Assembly (NCBI GenBank): GCA_964441885.1
Contig: CAYTVX010000002.1
Span: 1 to 36,562 of the forward strand
Origin: an uncultured Candidatus Saccharibacteria bacterium
GTDB lineage: Bacteria > Patescibacteriota > Minisyncoccia > Phycocordibacterales > CALRHW01
Reading direction: 5' to 3'
DNA length: 36,562 bases
A model generated the notes under the pieces. The model ran no database searches. It was not told the DNA's origin and saw only the letters and a program-made list of their open reading frames with translations. The translations under genes and the position numbers were made by a program. Positions 7,207 to 16,816 of this stretch are shown piece after piece. Positions within the stretch are counted from its first letter, which is position 1, and each line of letters starts with the position of its first letter.

Positions 7207-7215
7207 AATTTACCA
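7207..7215 (-). promoter_or_regulatory. Extended -10 element TGgTAAATT 9 nt upstream of the tyrS ATG
   Basis: The minus strand reads aaaTGgTAAATTaaccttattATG. Confidence 0.35.
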
Positions 7216-7257
7216 CATTTGCTTTGTTTTTGGTATTCATATACTCTGCTCGCAATG

Positions 7258-7266
7258 TGCTAAAAT
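7258..7266 (+). promoter_or_regulatory. Extended -10 element TGcTAAAAT 8 nt upstream of the PBP ATG at 7275
   Basis: Sequence is caatgTGcTAAAATtgaacaatATG. It is divergent from the tyrS element within a 77-nt spacer. Confidence 0.4.
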
Positions 7267-7274
7267 TGAACAAT

Positions 7275-9791
7275 ATGAAAAACAAATCTACTAAAGTGTG
7301 GCGGTGGCTAAAAAAAAGTGGGATAAAAAATGTCGTGCTTTTTGCCATTGGAATAGCGGTGATAATAACGTCAATTCTTATTTTATGGGTTTCCACCTTT
7401 CAGCTCCCAACGCTTGACTCCTTTCAAGAAAGAAAAGTCTCTCAATCCACAAAAATATATGACCGCACAGGAGAGGTTCTTCTATACGACGTATACCAAA
7501 ACATAAAAAGAACAGTTGTACCGTTTGACCAGATTTCACAACACGTAAAAGACGCCACAATATCAATAGAAGACAAGGAATTTTATAGCCACAACGGAGT
7601 AAAGCCCTCATCTTTTATCAGAGCCATCTTTGCAAACCTAAAAACAATGCAATTTAGCCAAGGAGGATCAACAATAACACAACAAGTTGTAAAAAACTCT
7701 CTACTCACCGGTGAAAAAAGCATTACACGAAAAGTAAAAGAGTGGGTACTCGCAATAAAATTAGAAAAAATTCTCACAAAAACAGAAATTTTGGGAATGT
7801 ACTTAAACGAAATCCCTTATGGTGGAAGTATCTATGGTGTAGAAGAAGCTAGCAATGAGTTCTTTGGGGTAAAAGCAAAAGACCTCTCCATTGCACAATC
7901 AGCATATCTCGCCTCTTTACCTAAAGCACCAACATACTATTCCCCATATAGAAATCGTACAGCACTCGATGAGAGAAAAAACGTTGTATTGAAAGAAATG
8001 TACAACGACAAATACATTACCGAAGCAGAATACAACAAAGCAAAAAACGAGGTGGTTATTTTTAAAGGACAAGAAGAGGGTGGAATAAAAGCTCCACACT
8101 TTGTAATGTTTGTAAAAGATTTACTTGAAAAAAAATATGGAGAAAAAGTACTAGAAGAGGGTGGTTTTAAGGTGATCACCAGCCTAGATTACAAACTCCA
8201 AGAAATGATGGAGAAAGAAGCAAAAGAATATGCGCTCGCAAACGCAAAAACCCACCAAGCGGAAAACATAGCTGAGGTAGCAATAGACCCAAAAACAGGC
8301 GAGATTCTTTCAATGGTTGGCTCTAGAGATTATTTTGATAAAGAAATAGATGGTAATTTCAACGTAGCACTAGCCCACAGACAACCAGGTTCTGCATTTA
8401 AACCATTTGCATATGCTAAAGCTTTCGAAAAGGGTTATACGCCAAGCACAACACTCTTTGATGTACGAACACAGTTTTCTTCAACTTGTGAAAAAGAAAA
8501 CCTCACAAGTGAAAATGGTTGCTACTCTCCACAAAACTACGATGGAGGTTTTAGGGGGCCAATAACAATGAAAAATGCTTTGGCACAATCAATAAACATT
8601 CCGGCAATTAAAACACTTTATCTTGCAGGAATAGATGATGTTTTACGTTTAGCAAAGGACATGGGTATAAACAGCCTTACAAACCCAGGACAATACGGCC
8701 TTACATTGGTGCTTGGAGGTGGAGAGGTTTCCCTACTTGATATGACAAGTGCTTACGGAGTTTTTGCAAATAACGGAGTACGTTATCCATACAAACCAAT
8801 TATCGAGATACAAAAAATAGACGGCGAAACAGCAGAAAAATTTGAAAACAAACCAATAAATGTTTTACCAGAAAATGTCGCCTTACAAATTTCAGAAATT
8901 TTATCTGATGATGCTGCTCGTGCACCAATATTTGGAGCACACTCTGGTCTTTACATACCCAACAGGCAGGTGGCTGTAAAAACAGGAACAACAAACGACT
9001 ACAAAGATGCTTGGATCGTAGGATACACACCAAGCCTCGTTATTGGTGCTTGGGTAGGAAACAACAACAACACACCGATGGATAAAAAGGTGGCTGGATA
9101 CATCATCGCACCATTCTGGAACAAGGTTATGAAAAAAGCCCTAGAAACATACCCAAACGAACAATTCAAAGCGTCGGCGGTAGAAGACTTACTAGACTTT
9201 AAGCCAATCCTACGTGGAAAATGGCAAGGAGAAAACAGTTACGCTATTGATAAAATTTCAGGAAAACTCGCAACAGAATATACGCCAGCAGAAACACGTG
9301 ACGAGATTGTTATAGGAAAAATACACTCAATACTTTATTGGGTAGATAAAAATAATCCACGCGGACTACAACCCCAAAACCCAGAAAATGACCCGCAGTT
9401 TGAACGCTGGGAATACTCCGTTAGAAATTGGGTAGAATACAACAATATTCCTGAGCTAAAAGAAAACGCTATTCCACACGGTTTTGATAATGTTCACACG
9501 CCAGAAAATATGCCAATAGTCTCCATTGAAAATCCAGATAAAAACAAAGAATACCTTGGAAACAAGAAAATTATTACTTCACTTGAATACTCAAGTGAAT
9601 ATCCAATTACAAAAGTTGAGTACTATATAAATGGAAACTTTACCGGAAACACCAACAACTCACCATTTTCTATTTCATTTGTTCCAGACGATCTAACCTA
9701 CATTCATAGTGGCTCCAATGAGCTCAAGGTGGTGGTCTACGACAGTGTGTTTAACAAAGTTGAGAGTATTGTAAACTTTGACGTAAAGTAG
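7275..9791 (+). CDS. Class A penicillin-binding protein (bifunctional glycosyltransferase/transpeptidase, PBP1A family) with a C-terminal extension
   Basis: GT51 motifs are EDKEFYSHNGV, GGSTITQQVVKN and RKVKEW. Transpeptidase motifs are SAFKP (SxxK), SIN (SxN) and KTGTT. It has an N-terminal TM anchor. The track ORF starts at 7224; M18 (7275) follows the -10 box. Confidence 0.88.
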   Translation: MKNKSTKVWRWLKKSGIKNVVLFAIGIAVIITSILILWVSTFQLPTLDSFQERKVSQSTKIYDRTGEVLLYDVYQNIKRTVVPFDQISQHVKDATISIEDKEFYSHNGVKPSSFIRAIFANLKTMQFSQGGSTITQQVVKNSLLTGEKSITRKVKEWVLAIKLEKILTKTEILGMYLNEIPYGGSIYGVEEASNEFFGVKAKDLSIAQSAYLASLPKAPTYYSPYRNRTALDERKNVVLKEMYNDKYITEAEYNKAKNEVVIFKGQEEGGIKAPHFVMFVKDLLEKKYGEKVLEEGGFKVITSLDYKLQEMMEKEAKEYALANAKTHQAENIAEVAIDPKTGEILSMVGSRDYFDKEIDGNFNVALAHRQPGSAFKPFAYAKAFEKGYTPSTTLFDVRTQFSSTCEKENLTSENGCYSPQNYDGGFRGPITMKNALAQSINIPAIKTLYLAGIDDVLRLAKDMGINSLTNPGQYGLTLVLGGGEVSLLDMTSAYGVFANNGVRYPYKPIIEIQKIDGETAEKFENKPINVLPENVALQISEILSDDAARAPIFGAHSGLYIPNRQVAVKTGTTNDYKDAWIVGYTPSLVIGAWVGNNNNTPMDKKVAGYIIAPFWNKVMKKALETYPNEQFKASAVEDLLDFKPILRGKWQGENSYAIDKISGKLATEYTPAETRDEIVIGKIHSILYWVDKNNPRGLQPQNPENDPQFERWEYSVRNWVEYNNIPELKENAIPHGFDNVHTPENMPIVSIENPDKNKEYLGNKKIITSLEYSSEYPITKVEYYINGNFTGNTNNSPFSISFVPDDLTYIHSGSNELKVVVYDSVFNKVESIVNFDVK

Positions 9792-9796
9792 CTGTA

Positions 9797-10051
9797 TTAG
9801 CGAATATCAGCGATTTTAGAACCTTCACCACTATTTATGTTTTGAAGTAAAAGCTTCTTCTTTAAAAAAATCATATTTTTTATTATCGGAGAAGTGTTTA
9901 CATATAGAACACCGTTTTTTATCTTTACATCAGATGGGTTTATATCCACGCCAAGGGTTTTTTTCAGCACATCAACAATTACACCACTCTCTATAGCGCG
10001 TAAAGATAAAATTTTCTTAAATCTTTGTAAAAAAGAAGATAGGTTGTTCAT
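9797..10051 (-). CDS. DUF721 (DciA-like) small protein downstream of dnaN
   Basis: 84 aa. The pattern IKNGVLYVNTSPIIKNMIFLKKKLLLQNIN...KIADIR resembles the DUF721 core (NGVL.V.v.s......L......i...ln......I.di.fr). The position immediately after dnaA-dnaN is typical for this family. Confidence 0.5.
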   Translation of the reverse strand: MNNLSSFLQRFKKILSLRAIESGVIVDVLKKTLGVDINPSDVKIKNGVLYVNTSPIIKNMIFLKKKLLLQNINSGEGSKIADIR

Positions 10052-10062
10052 ATCCCTTTCAA

Positions 10063-11166
10063 CTATCTATTCATTGGCATTACCAAATACAAAAAAGATT
10101 TGTCTGAAACCCCACGAATAACGACTGGCTTATTGATCCCATTAAAATTTAAAGAGATGCTATCTGAATCTATAGACTGAAGACAATCTACGATATATTT
10201 GTAGTTAAAGTTTATATCTACATCTTCTCCCCCCAAAACAGAGTCAATTGTGTTTGTGTTTTCTCCTATATCAGAGTTTTTTGTTTGTAATTCAAATAGT
10301 TTTTTTGCTGGTGAGACTTTTATATTTATTTGATTTAATTTATTTGAAAAAATATTAGCTATTTTAAGAGAGTTCACAAAATCCTGCTTTAACATTACAA
10401 CTTCTGTTGTTTGAGTTTTTGGAATAATCTGTTTATAGTCTGGAAAAACACCGTCAATAACGCGTGAAGTTAAATAAATATTTTCATAACTAAAAGAAAT
10501 TTGGTTTTTCTCTAAATTCACCTGCACCTCACCAGAAACACCTTCTAATACACGAATTATTTCTGAAACGTTTTTAAATGGTATGAGTAAATAACTAAAA
10601 TCTTTTATTTTGTTTGTTTTTATTTTCTTTTCAGCTAAACGAAATGAGTCTGTTGCAACAAAAACTAAATTTTCTTCTTCGTCGCTATATATATAAACAC
10701 TGGCCAACTCTGATTTCATACTTGATACAGCAGAACTATACCAAACAGACTTAAGACCCTTAACAAAATCATTTGAATTAATTTTTAAAGATTTTTCTGT
10801 TGATACAACAGGAATTGTTGGAAAATCATCAGTTGAGTATGTTTTTATATGTGTGGAGTTTTTTTGCGTAGAAACAACCAAAACCCCATCTTCCTTAGAT
10901 AAAACAACTGTTTTGTCTCCCCCAACACTAGAAAGAAAAGATCCTAGTATGTTTGCTGGAACAGCTACAGAGCCTTCCTCTAAAACCTTAACCGGCATCA
11001 CTATCTCTATGCCCAAATCAAGATTTGTTGATTTGATAATTAAAGTATTATTTTTTGCTTCTAGAAAAATACAATTAATAACAGGTAAAGAATGATTCTT
11101 ACCGGCTATTTTTTCAGCTTGTAAAATATTTTTACTTAATTTCTCTATAAGGCATTCTACTTTCAT
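10063..11166 (-). CDS. dnaN: DNA polymerase III beta sliding clamp
   Basis: 367 aa, directly downstream of dnaA. The N-terminus is MKVECLIEKLSKNILQAEKIAGKNHSLPVINCIFLEAKNNTLIIKSTNLDLGIE and the central segment is ATDSFRLAEKK. Both match the clamp pattern (tlPiL.n.l.ea....l....TDle; ATDg.RLa). Confidence 0.88.
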   Translation of the reverse strand: MKVECLIEKLSKNILQAEKIAGKNHSLPVINCIFLEAKNNTLIIKSTNLDLGIEIVMPVKVLEEGSVAVPANILGSFLSSVGGDKTVVLSKEDGVLVVSTQKNSTHIKTYSTDDFPTIPVVSTEKSLKINSNDFVKGLKSVWYSSAVSSMKSELASVYIYSDEEENLVFVATDSFRLAEKKIKTNKIKDFSYLLIPFKNVSEIIRVLEGVSGEVQVNLEKNQISFSYENIYLTSRVIDGVFPDYKQIIPKTQTTEVVMLKQDFVNSLKIANIFSNKLNQINIKVSPAKKLFELQTKNSDIGENTNTIDSVLGGEDVDINFNYKYIVDCLQSIDSDSISLNFNGINKPVVIRGVSDKSFLYLVMPMNR

Positions 11167-11400
11167 AAACTGTAATGTATTAATTAATATTATATTAAAT
11201 ACTATTATTACTATAAGGACTGTTGATAACTGGATAACTCAAATTAGTCTTATTTTAAAACGTATTTTTAACTTTTCTTATCAACAACCTGTTAATTTTA
11301 TTTGGTAAGTTGTGTGTATTTTTTAAACTTTTACACAATTTAACATTCTTATCCACACACTTCGCTCTCTATTCACATCATATACACATTGTATAAAATA
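11167..11400. promoter_or_regulatory. Candidate oriC in the dnaA-dnaN spacer: DnaA boxes plus an AT-rich unwinding element
   Basis: A perfect TTATCCACA lies at 11349-11357. TTATCAACA lies at 11278-11286 (+) and 11221-11229 (-), and TTATCCAGT lies at 11229-11237 (-). Positions 11167-11220 contain only 8 G/C in 54 nt by hand count. Confidence 0.55.
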
Positions 11401-12750
11401 TCAAACCAACATCGACCTAATTTGGTTTATCTCTTGTGCGAGAAGATTGTCTGACTTGAGATCGTTCTTTATCTTTTCACAAGAGTGAATAACTGTAGTG
11501 TGATCTCTTCCCCCCATTTTTTCACCTATTGATGGGTAGGAGATGTTGAAATCTTCCCTGAGTATGTACATAGTGATTTGTCGCGGTTTTATAATTTCCT
11601 TCTTTCTGGTTTTTTCGTAAATACTTTCTTCGTTTATATTGTAGAAATCAGCGATTATTTTGATTATTTCTTTAGGAGAGAGATTCTTTTTTGGTTTAGC
11701 ACTATTTTTTATAAGATTTTTTACGTCGTTTAGTGTTAGATCTTTTTGTTTTAGTTGAGCTTGGCAGATTATGGTGTTTAAAGCCCCCTCAAGCTCCCTG
11801 ATGTTACTAGAAAGTGTTGTGGCTAGATAATCTACAACCTCAGTAGATAGGTCAAAATTGTGAGACTGTAGCTTGGCACGCAATATAGATGTTCTAGACT
11901 CGTGGTCTGGGGCAGGTATATCCACTATCATTCCAGCGCCAAACCTAGATTTTAGGCGGTCTTCTAGGTTTTGTATGTATCCCGGGTGTTTGTCTGATGA
12001 GAAAATGATTTGCTTGTTGTTGTCGTATAGGTGGTTAAATAGATGGAACAACTCCTCTTGTGTACTTTTTTTGTTTGAGAAAAATTGGATATCATCCATG
12101 ATTAAAATATCGTATTTTCTATACTTTTCCTTAAAATTGTTAACTTTTAGGTTTTGAACAGAGTTTATGTAGTCAACAGTAAATCTTTCAGATGTTACGT
12201 AGTGTATTTTACTTTCAGGGTTGGTTTGTTTTATGTGATTTCCTATTGCTTGGATAAGATGGGTCTTACCATGGCCAGTACTACCGTAGATAAATAGTGG
12301 GTTGTATACGATACCCGGTTTTTTTATGATTGCTTGAGCCGCTGCGTGGGCCAGCTCATTAAACGGGCCAACCACAAAGGTGTCAAAAGTGTATTTTGGA
12401 TTGAGGTTGTCTTCTTTGTTTATGTAAAACTCACTTAGTGGTAGCTCCCCTACGCTTTCCGGTAGGTTTCTAGTGGTGGAGTCGGGCTCTTTTTTCTTCG
12501 TATCGTTTTTATTGACGATATAGTCAAGCGATCTTATGTTTTCCGACATACCACGTAGAGACTTGAGGATAAAAGAGTGATACTTATCCATAAGCCACTG
12601 CTTTACAAAGGCGTTAGGGACACTCAAAAACGCTATGCCGTCTTCTATTTTATATATGAAAGTATCTTTAAACCATGTATTAAAATTAGCTTTTGAAACA
12701 TTAATTTCTACATCTACAAGAACGCTATCCCAAAGTTTTTTAGTATCCAT
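11401..12750 (-). CDS. dnaA: Chromosomal replication initiator DnaA
   Basis: 449 aa with Walker A GSTGHGKTHL, Walker B ILIMDDIQFF and sensor/arginine regions. The C-terminal DNA-binding signature is GEKMGGRDHTTVIHSCEKI. Confidence 0.95.
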   Translation of the reverse strand: MDTKKLWDSVLVDVEINVSKANFNTWFKDTFIYKIEDGIAFLSVPNAFVKQWLMDKYHSFILKSLRGMSENIRSLDYIVNKNDTKKKEPDSTTRNLPESVGELPLSEFYINKEDNLNPKYTFDTFVVGPFNELAHAAAQAIIKKPGIVYNPLFIYGSTGHGKTHLIQAIGNHIKQTNPESKIHYVTSERFTVDYINSVQNLKVNNFKEKYRKYDILIMDDIQFFSNKKSTQEELFHLFNHLYDNNKQIIFSSDKHPGYIQNLEDRLKSRFGAGMIVDIPAPDHESRTSILRAKLQSHNFDLSTEVVDYLATTLSSNIRELEGALNTIICQAQLKQKDLTLNDVKNLIKNSAKPKKNLSPKEIIKIIADFYNINEESIYEKTRKKEIIKPRQITMYILREDFNISYPSIGEKMGGRDHTTVIHSCEKIKNDLKSDNLLAQEINQIRSMLV

Positions 12751-12887
12751 AAATTGTTAGAGTTATTATATATGATTGTCTGTTTCTTCCTACTTGTTAA
12801 AAAGATGTAGTTATGTTGATACGTTGTGTATAAAGTGTGGACAGCTTTGTTTTGTTGTAAAACCTTGAATTAATTATGTTCCTCATA

Positions 12888-12893
12888 TATAAT
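12888..12893 (+). promoter_or_regulatory. -10 box TATAAT 8 nt upstream of the rpmH ATG
   Basis: Sequence is cctcataTATAATcccctattATG. Confidence 0.4.
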
Positions 12894-12901
12894 CCCCTAT
12901 T

Positions 12902-13036
12902 ATGTCTCAAACATACCAACCAAAAAAACGAAAACGAGGAAAAGCTCATGGATTTTTAGTGCGCCAAAGAACTGCTGGTGGAAAGAAAACCATCAAACGC
13001 CGACGTCAAAAAGGTCGAAAAAAGCTATCTGTTTAA
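12902..13036 (+). CDS. rpmH: 50S ribosomal protein L34
   Basis: My own translation is [44 protein letters not shown] (44 aa). It shows the classic L34 sequence and the classic position upstream of rnpA. It is below the ORF-track cut-off. Confidence 0.92.
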   Translation: MSQTYQPKKRKRGKAHGFLVRQRTAGGKKTIKRRRQKGRKKLSV

Positions 13037-13048
13037 ACAAAAACAAAC

Positions 13049-13375
13049 ATGTTACCCTCAAAAAAGAGGATATCAAAGGACTCTTTTAAGTCTATTTTAG
13101 TGGGTGGAACGGTGATTCATTCTCCCAACTTCACACTTCGCACTGTTTCCTCTTCGGTTGAGGGTTATGCTGTGTTGGTTTCCAAGAAGGTCGCCCCGCA
13201 GGCTGTTTTAAGGAATAAGATAAGAAGGAGGGTTTATTCTATTATTCACAAAGCTTCTCCCTTTATAAAAAAAACAGCCAAGAATATCATTTCAGCCAAA
13301 GCCGGTGTTAAAAATCTTTCTTTTTCAGCCACCCAAGAGGAGGTGTTTCAATTATTGAAAAAGGCACTGCAGTAA
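13049..13375 (+). CDS. rnpA: Ribonuclease P protein component
   Basis: 108 aa and basic, with an RNR-like motif (LRNKIRRRVYS). The rpmH-rnpA-yidC synteny is conserved. Confidence 0.8.
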   Translation: MLPSKKRISKDSFKSILVGGTVIHSPNFTLRTVSSSVEGYAVLVSKKVAPQAVLRNKIRRRVYSIIHKASPFIKKTAKNIISAKAGVKNLSFSATQEEVFQLLKKALQ

Positions 13376-13392
13376 GATACAATGGTCTGATA

Positions 13393-14121
13393 ATGTCTGC
13401 TATATACAACACACTTATTTATCACCCACTCTACAACGGGTTGATTTTGCTTATGGATGTAATTCCTTGGGTTGATGCCGGAGTTATTGTTGTTTTGTTT
13501 ACTGCTATTATAAAACTCATATTGTTTCCCCTTTCAAAAAAAGCAGTAAACACGCAGATTCAAATGAAAGCTGTTGAACCAGAGCTTGCAGAGATTAAGG
13601 AAAAGTATAAAAACGACAAACAGGAGCTAGCTAGAAAAACGATGGATCTTTATAAAGAAAAAGGCATTAGGCCCTTTACGAGCGTTCTTCTTGTTTTTAT
13701 ACAGTTACCAATTATTTTTGCGCTCTACCGAGTTTTTTGGCACTCAGGATTACCAACAGTAAACACGGATATTTTATATAGCTTTGTGCATGTTCCAGAA
13801 TCAATCAATATGATGTTTCTTGGTCTTATAAACATCTCATTAAAAAGTAAGATTTTGGCTGTTTTGGTTGGCTTGTCTGCGTATTTACAAGCAAGAATAG
13901 TGACACCAAAACCTGTTCCTAAAAAAGATACCAACCCAAATGACAATTCTTTTAAGCATGATTTCGCTCGAAGTATGAGCATCCAGATGCGTTACGTTTT
14001 TCCAATAATCGCAGTTTTTATTTCCTACGGTATTTCAGCCGCGATTTCTTTGTATTGGATAACAAGTAATATCTTTACAATAGGTCAGGAGTTGTTTTTG
14101 AAAAGAAAACTAAAGAGATAA
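13393..14121 (+). CDS. yidC: Membrane protein insertase YidC (short, YidC/Oxa1 core only)
   Basis: 242 aa with about five TM segments. The amphipathic segment is KMKAVEPELAEIKEKYKNDKQELARKTMDLYKEKGIRPF and the tail is basic. Synteny supports the call. Confidence 0.85.
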   Translation: MSAIYNTLIYHPLYNGLILLMDVIPWVDAGVIVVLFTAIIKLILFPLSKKAVNTQIQMKAVEPELAEIKEKYKNDKQELARKTMDLYKEKGIRPFTSVLLVFIQLPIIFALYRVFWHSGLPTVNTDILYSFVHVPESINMMFLGLINISLKSKILAVLVGLSAYLQARIVTPKPVPKKDTNPNDNSFKHDFARSMSIQMRYVFPIIAVFISYGISAAISLYWITSNIFTIGQELFLKRKLKR

Positions 14122-15372
14122 AAGATCAAGGCTCCAAAGCGTTAGATCTGTTTTGTTGGTAAACAGTAAGAAGTTTTCAGCATCATCTAGTGTGAGATTG
14201 ATTGCGTCTACGTCTTTTCCAGATGCTTCTTTTATGTCTGAAAGTTTTTCACTGGTGCCTTTTGATAAATCTATTTTCCACAAACTATCAGAGAATGAAA
14301 TCAAACCTTTGTACCAAGAGTCTGGGTATTCCCCACTTGGTATTTTTGAAGGTATCGCACAATATACAGTGCCTGTTGTTTTTTTACTCCACACACATTT
14401 TTCTGTAAATGTTGGATTTGATGGTACTGGAGCAGAAATTCCTTCTTTTATGTTGTAAAAACTAAAAGAAACACTACCATCGGCGTTGATTTTATTAAAC
14501 AGTGTTGTAGAGGCTGTTTTGTTGGTTAGTGTTGTGAGTCCTTGTATTCCGCCAAGTATTCTTTGCATTTTTCCTGTGGTTGTATTGGTAAAGTACAAAT
14601 ATCCAAAGCTTTGTGCGCTAGCTTTTGTAGTGAGTGTTAGTGTGTCGCTTTTCGGCCACTGCACCACCCATTCATTTATTGGAGACTCAAAGACCGTTGT
14701 CTTTTTTGTGCCGTCTGGATTTGAGATTGCTCCAACGCTTCCAGTGCCAGCTTTTGTGAGGTAAAAGATTTGATCTTTTTTGTCTGGCACAGCCACAGCC
14801 ATCATATTTAAAGGAAGGTATGTGCTTTGTACTTCAGCAAGGTTGCTGTCTGGTGTGCTTGTGCCGTTTGTTGAAGCTGTGCTTGTGCTGAGTGTGCCGT
14901 AGATTGTTTCAATGAGATCACTGTCGTCTTTTAAATAACGTAGCAACACAGAGTCCTTTTTAAGGAAGGTTGCCTCTGCTATTTTGGGTATGGTTGTGTT
15001 TGATATTCTGTTTATTAGGGTTGTTTCTGTTTCTGCTTCGTATATGTTGCCTGTGCTTTTTTCTATAAAACTAATTATTGTTGTGCTTCCCTTTTTAAAT
15101 ACACCAGCTCCAGATACTGGAAAAGCATAAACCTGACGAAGGGTTGTGGGGATTGTTGGCTGTGTTGTAATGTCCTGTGTTGCTGTTGTTGGTTCTGTGA
15201 TGGGTTGGTCTATGTTATTTGAACCTTGTCCAAAAGGAAAATAATCGCGCAGGTTTATTCCACCCACAGTGGTGTCTCCTACACCCCCCTCTCGTGTGAA
15301 ATATATAAAACCAAGAACACCAAGAGCGATGACTAGGATTATAACTATAAAGATTATGATCTTATTCAACAT
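14110..15372 (-). CDS. Membrane-anchored extracytoplasmic protein of unknown function (last gene of the T4SS-like block)
   Basis: This is the 420-aa version, starting at ATG 15370-15372 two nt after the stop of the upstream gene. It has the N-terminal anchor IIIFIVIILVIALGVLGFIYF, a T/P-rich linker and a beta-rich body. I recognise no family. Its 3' end overlaps the yidC 3' end by 12 nt. Confidence 0.6.
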   Translation of the reverse strand: MLNKIIIFIVIILVIALGVLGFIYFTREGGVGDTTVGGINLRDYFPFGQGSNNIDQPITEPTTATQDITTQPTIPTTLRQVYAFPVSGAGVFKKGSTTIISFIEKSTGNIYEAETETTLINRISNTTIPKIAEATFLKKDSVLLRYLKDDSDLIETIYGTLSTSTASTNGTSTPDSNLAEVQSTYLPLNMMAVAVPDKKDQIFYLTKAGTGSVGAISNPDGTKKTTVFESPINEWVVQWPKSDTLTLTTKASAQSFGYLYFTNTTTGKMQRILGGIQGLTTLTNKTASTTLFNKINADGSVSFSFYNIKEGISAPVPSNPTFTEKCVWSKKTTGTVYCAIPSKIPSGEYPDSWYKGLISFSDSLWKIDLSKGTSEKLSDIKEASGKDVDAINLTLDDAENFLLFTNKTDLTLWSLDLLSL

Positions 15373-15374
15373 AT

Positions 15375-15791
15375 TTATAATATTTTTAACGTGGTTGAGA
15401 CCAGATTTGGGTTTATTGTTTTTAAGATAAACCAAGCCAGTATTGCCAAAAGAAGACCTAGTAGCGCTCTTTTTATCCTTTCTTTTCCGTCACTTTTCCC
15501 AGAAATAGAGTCGGTAGACATATACTCTATACCACCAATAACTATTTCTATTACAGCAAGAACGCCAGCTATACCGATGAGAAGTTTAAACATTCCAGGA
15601 AGATATGTGCTGAGCTCTGTTTTACCAGAAGAACAATTTGCATCACCGGTCGTACAAGTGTAAGGAAGTGGGCTTAGTGGGGTGTACTGTACTGGCTGTG
15701 CGTGGAGTGTTTTTGTATTTGAAAATATACCGCAAGCCAAAAAAAGCATCACCACAGAACTCAATAATATTTTTTTTATATTTATTTTCAT
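15375..15791 (-). CDS. VirB2/TrbC-like T4SS pilin candidate
   Basis: 138 aa. It has a signal peptide (...FSNTKTLHA|QP), then two hydrophobic helices (MFKLLIGIAGVLAVIEIVIGGIEYM and ALLGLLLAILAWFILKTI) separated by the charged loop STDSISGKSDGKERIKR. This is the topology of VirB2-type pilins. An ATGA start/stop overlap joins it to the upstream gene. Confidence 0.6.
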   Translation of the reverse strand: MKINIKKILLSSVVMLFLACGIFSNTKTLHAQPVQYTPLSPLPYTCTTGDANCSSGKTELSTYLPGMFKLLIGIAGVLAVIEIVIGGIEYMSTDSISGKSDGKERIKRALLGLLLAILAWFILKTINPNLVSTTLKIL

Positions 15792-16795
15792 ATATTTATT
15801 TGTCCACCATTCTGATTAAGTGCTTCAAATTTTATTGTTGTAGAGTAGTTTGCAAATTGTAACATTTTTTCAATGTTCTCAATCGCAAGAGAAATGATGG
15901 CTGTGCCACCCACCGAGCCCTCGGGCCTTCTTAAGACGAGAGAGTTTGGTTTTTCTTGGTTTGGTGTTATTTGTCCATTCATTTTCCATTTGTATGAAAG
16001 TGCTGGCGCGTCTTTTCTGTCTACCCCAAAGAAATATGGTGCAGAAGCGAGAGACACCTCTTTATCTCCCAGATCAAACTGTGACGGTAGTGCTTTGTTG
16101 TACATGATTCCATATAGTGGGTGGTTTTCATACAAAAGAACTTGCGGTTGGACACCACGCAGTTCTACGGCACTCTCTGATTTTAGACTACCATCTGCGT
16201 TTGTTACTTCTACGGCTATTACAAATGGTTTTGCTAAGACACCGCTACTGGTTGAGAGGAAGTTTTTGCCGTATCCAGATTGGTTACTTAGGACGCTGTT
16301 ATTTCTACTCCATTTGTATGAAAGAGTTTTTGGGTCTATGTTTTTTCCATCACTACCCACAAAAGAAGGCATGGCTATAAACTGAACAGTGCTTTGTGTA
16401 GAATATAGCGCTTTTCCTTTGTAAAAAGGCGGTGTGTAAGTATTTGCTTGCCAGAATAGTTCTAGGCCAGTGGGTCTGATCTCTGCTGTTTTTGTAAAGC
16501 TGTTTGATGATACTTTTATCGTGGAAACACTGCCGAGCTGTTTTGTTGTAAATTGAAATTGTCTTTCACCCATTCCCTTTTTTTCTACCTTACCGTCAAC
16601 AGACCAGACAAGTTCTAGGTTGTTTAGGTCAAACGCAAAGTTTTCTACCCGCACAGTCACCTGTTCATTTGGTCCGGGGTGTAGAGGGGTTATAAAAAAC
16701 TCTGTCTGACTTGGTGTCTGTGCGTGAGCCGTAAATCCAAACATTGAAAAAACAAATAAGAAAAAGATGATTGTTTTTTTGTGACTGTAGAGCAT
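15788..16795 (-). CDS. Secreted protein with three tandem beta-sandwich-like modules, unknown family
   Basis: 335 aa with the signal peptide MLYSHKKTIIFFLFVFSMFGFTAHA|Q. A module signature recurs three times: LELVWSVDGKVEKKG, LSYKWSRNNSVLSNQ and LSYKWKMNGQITPNQ. Confidence 0.6.
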   Translation of the reverse strand: MLYSHKKTIIFFLFVFSMFGFTAHAQTPSQTEFFITPLHPGPNEQVTVRVENFAFDLNNLELVWSVDGKVEKKGMGERQFQFTTKQLGSVSTIKVSSNSFTKTAEIRPTGLELFWQANTYTPPFYKGKALYSTQSTVQFIAMPSFVGSDGKNIDPKTLSYKWSRNNSVLSNQSGYGKNFLSTSSGVLAKPFVIAVEVTNADGSLKSESAVELRGVQPQVLLYENHPLYGIMYNKALPSQFDLGDKEVSLASAPYFFGVDRKDAPALSYKWKMNGQITPNQEKPNSLVLRRPEGSVGGTAIISLAIENIEKMLQFANYSTTIKFEALNQNGGQINI

Positions 16796-16816
16796 TTGAG
16801 TTGTTTCAGCTCTTTA

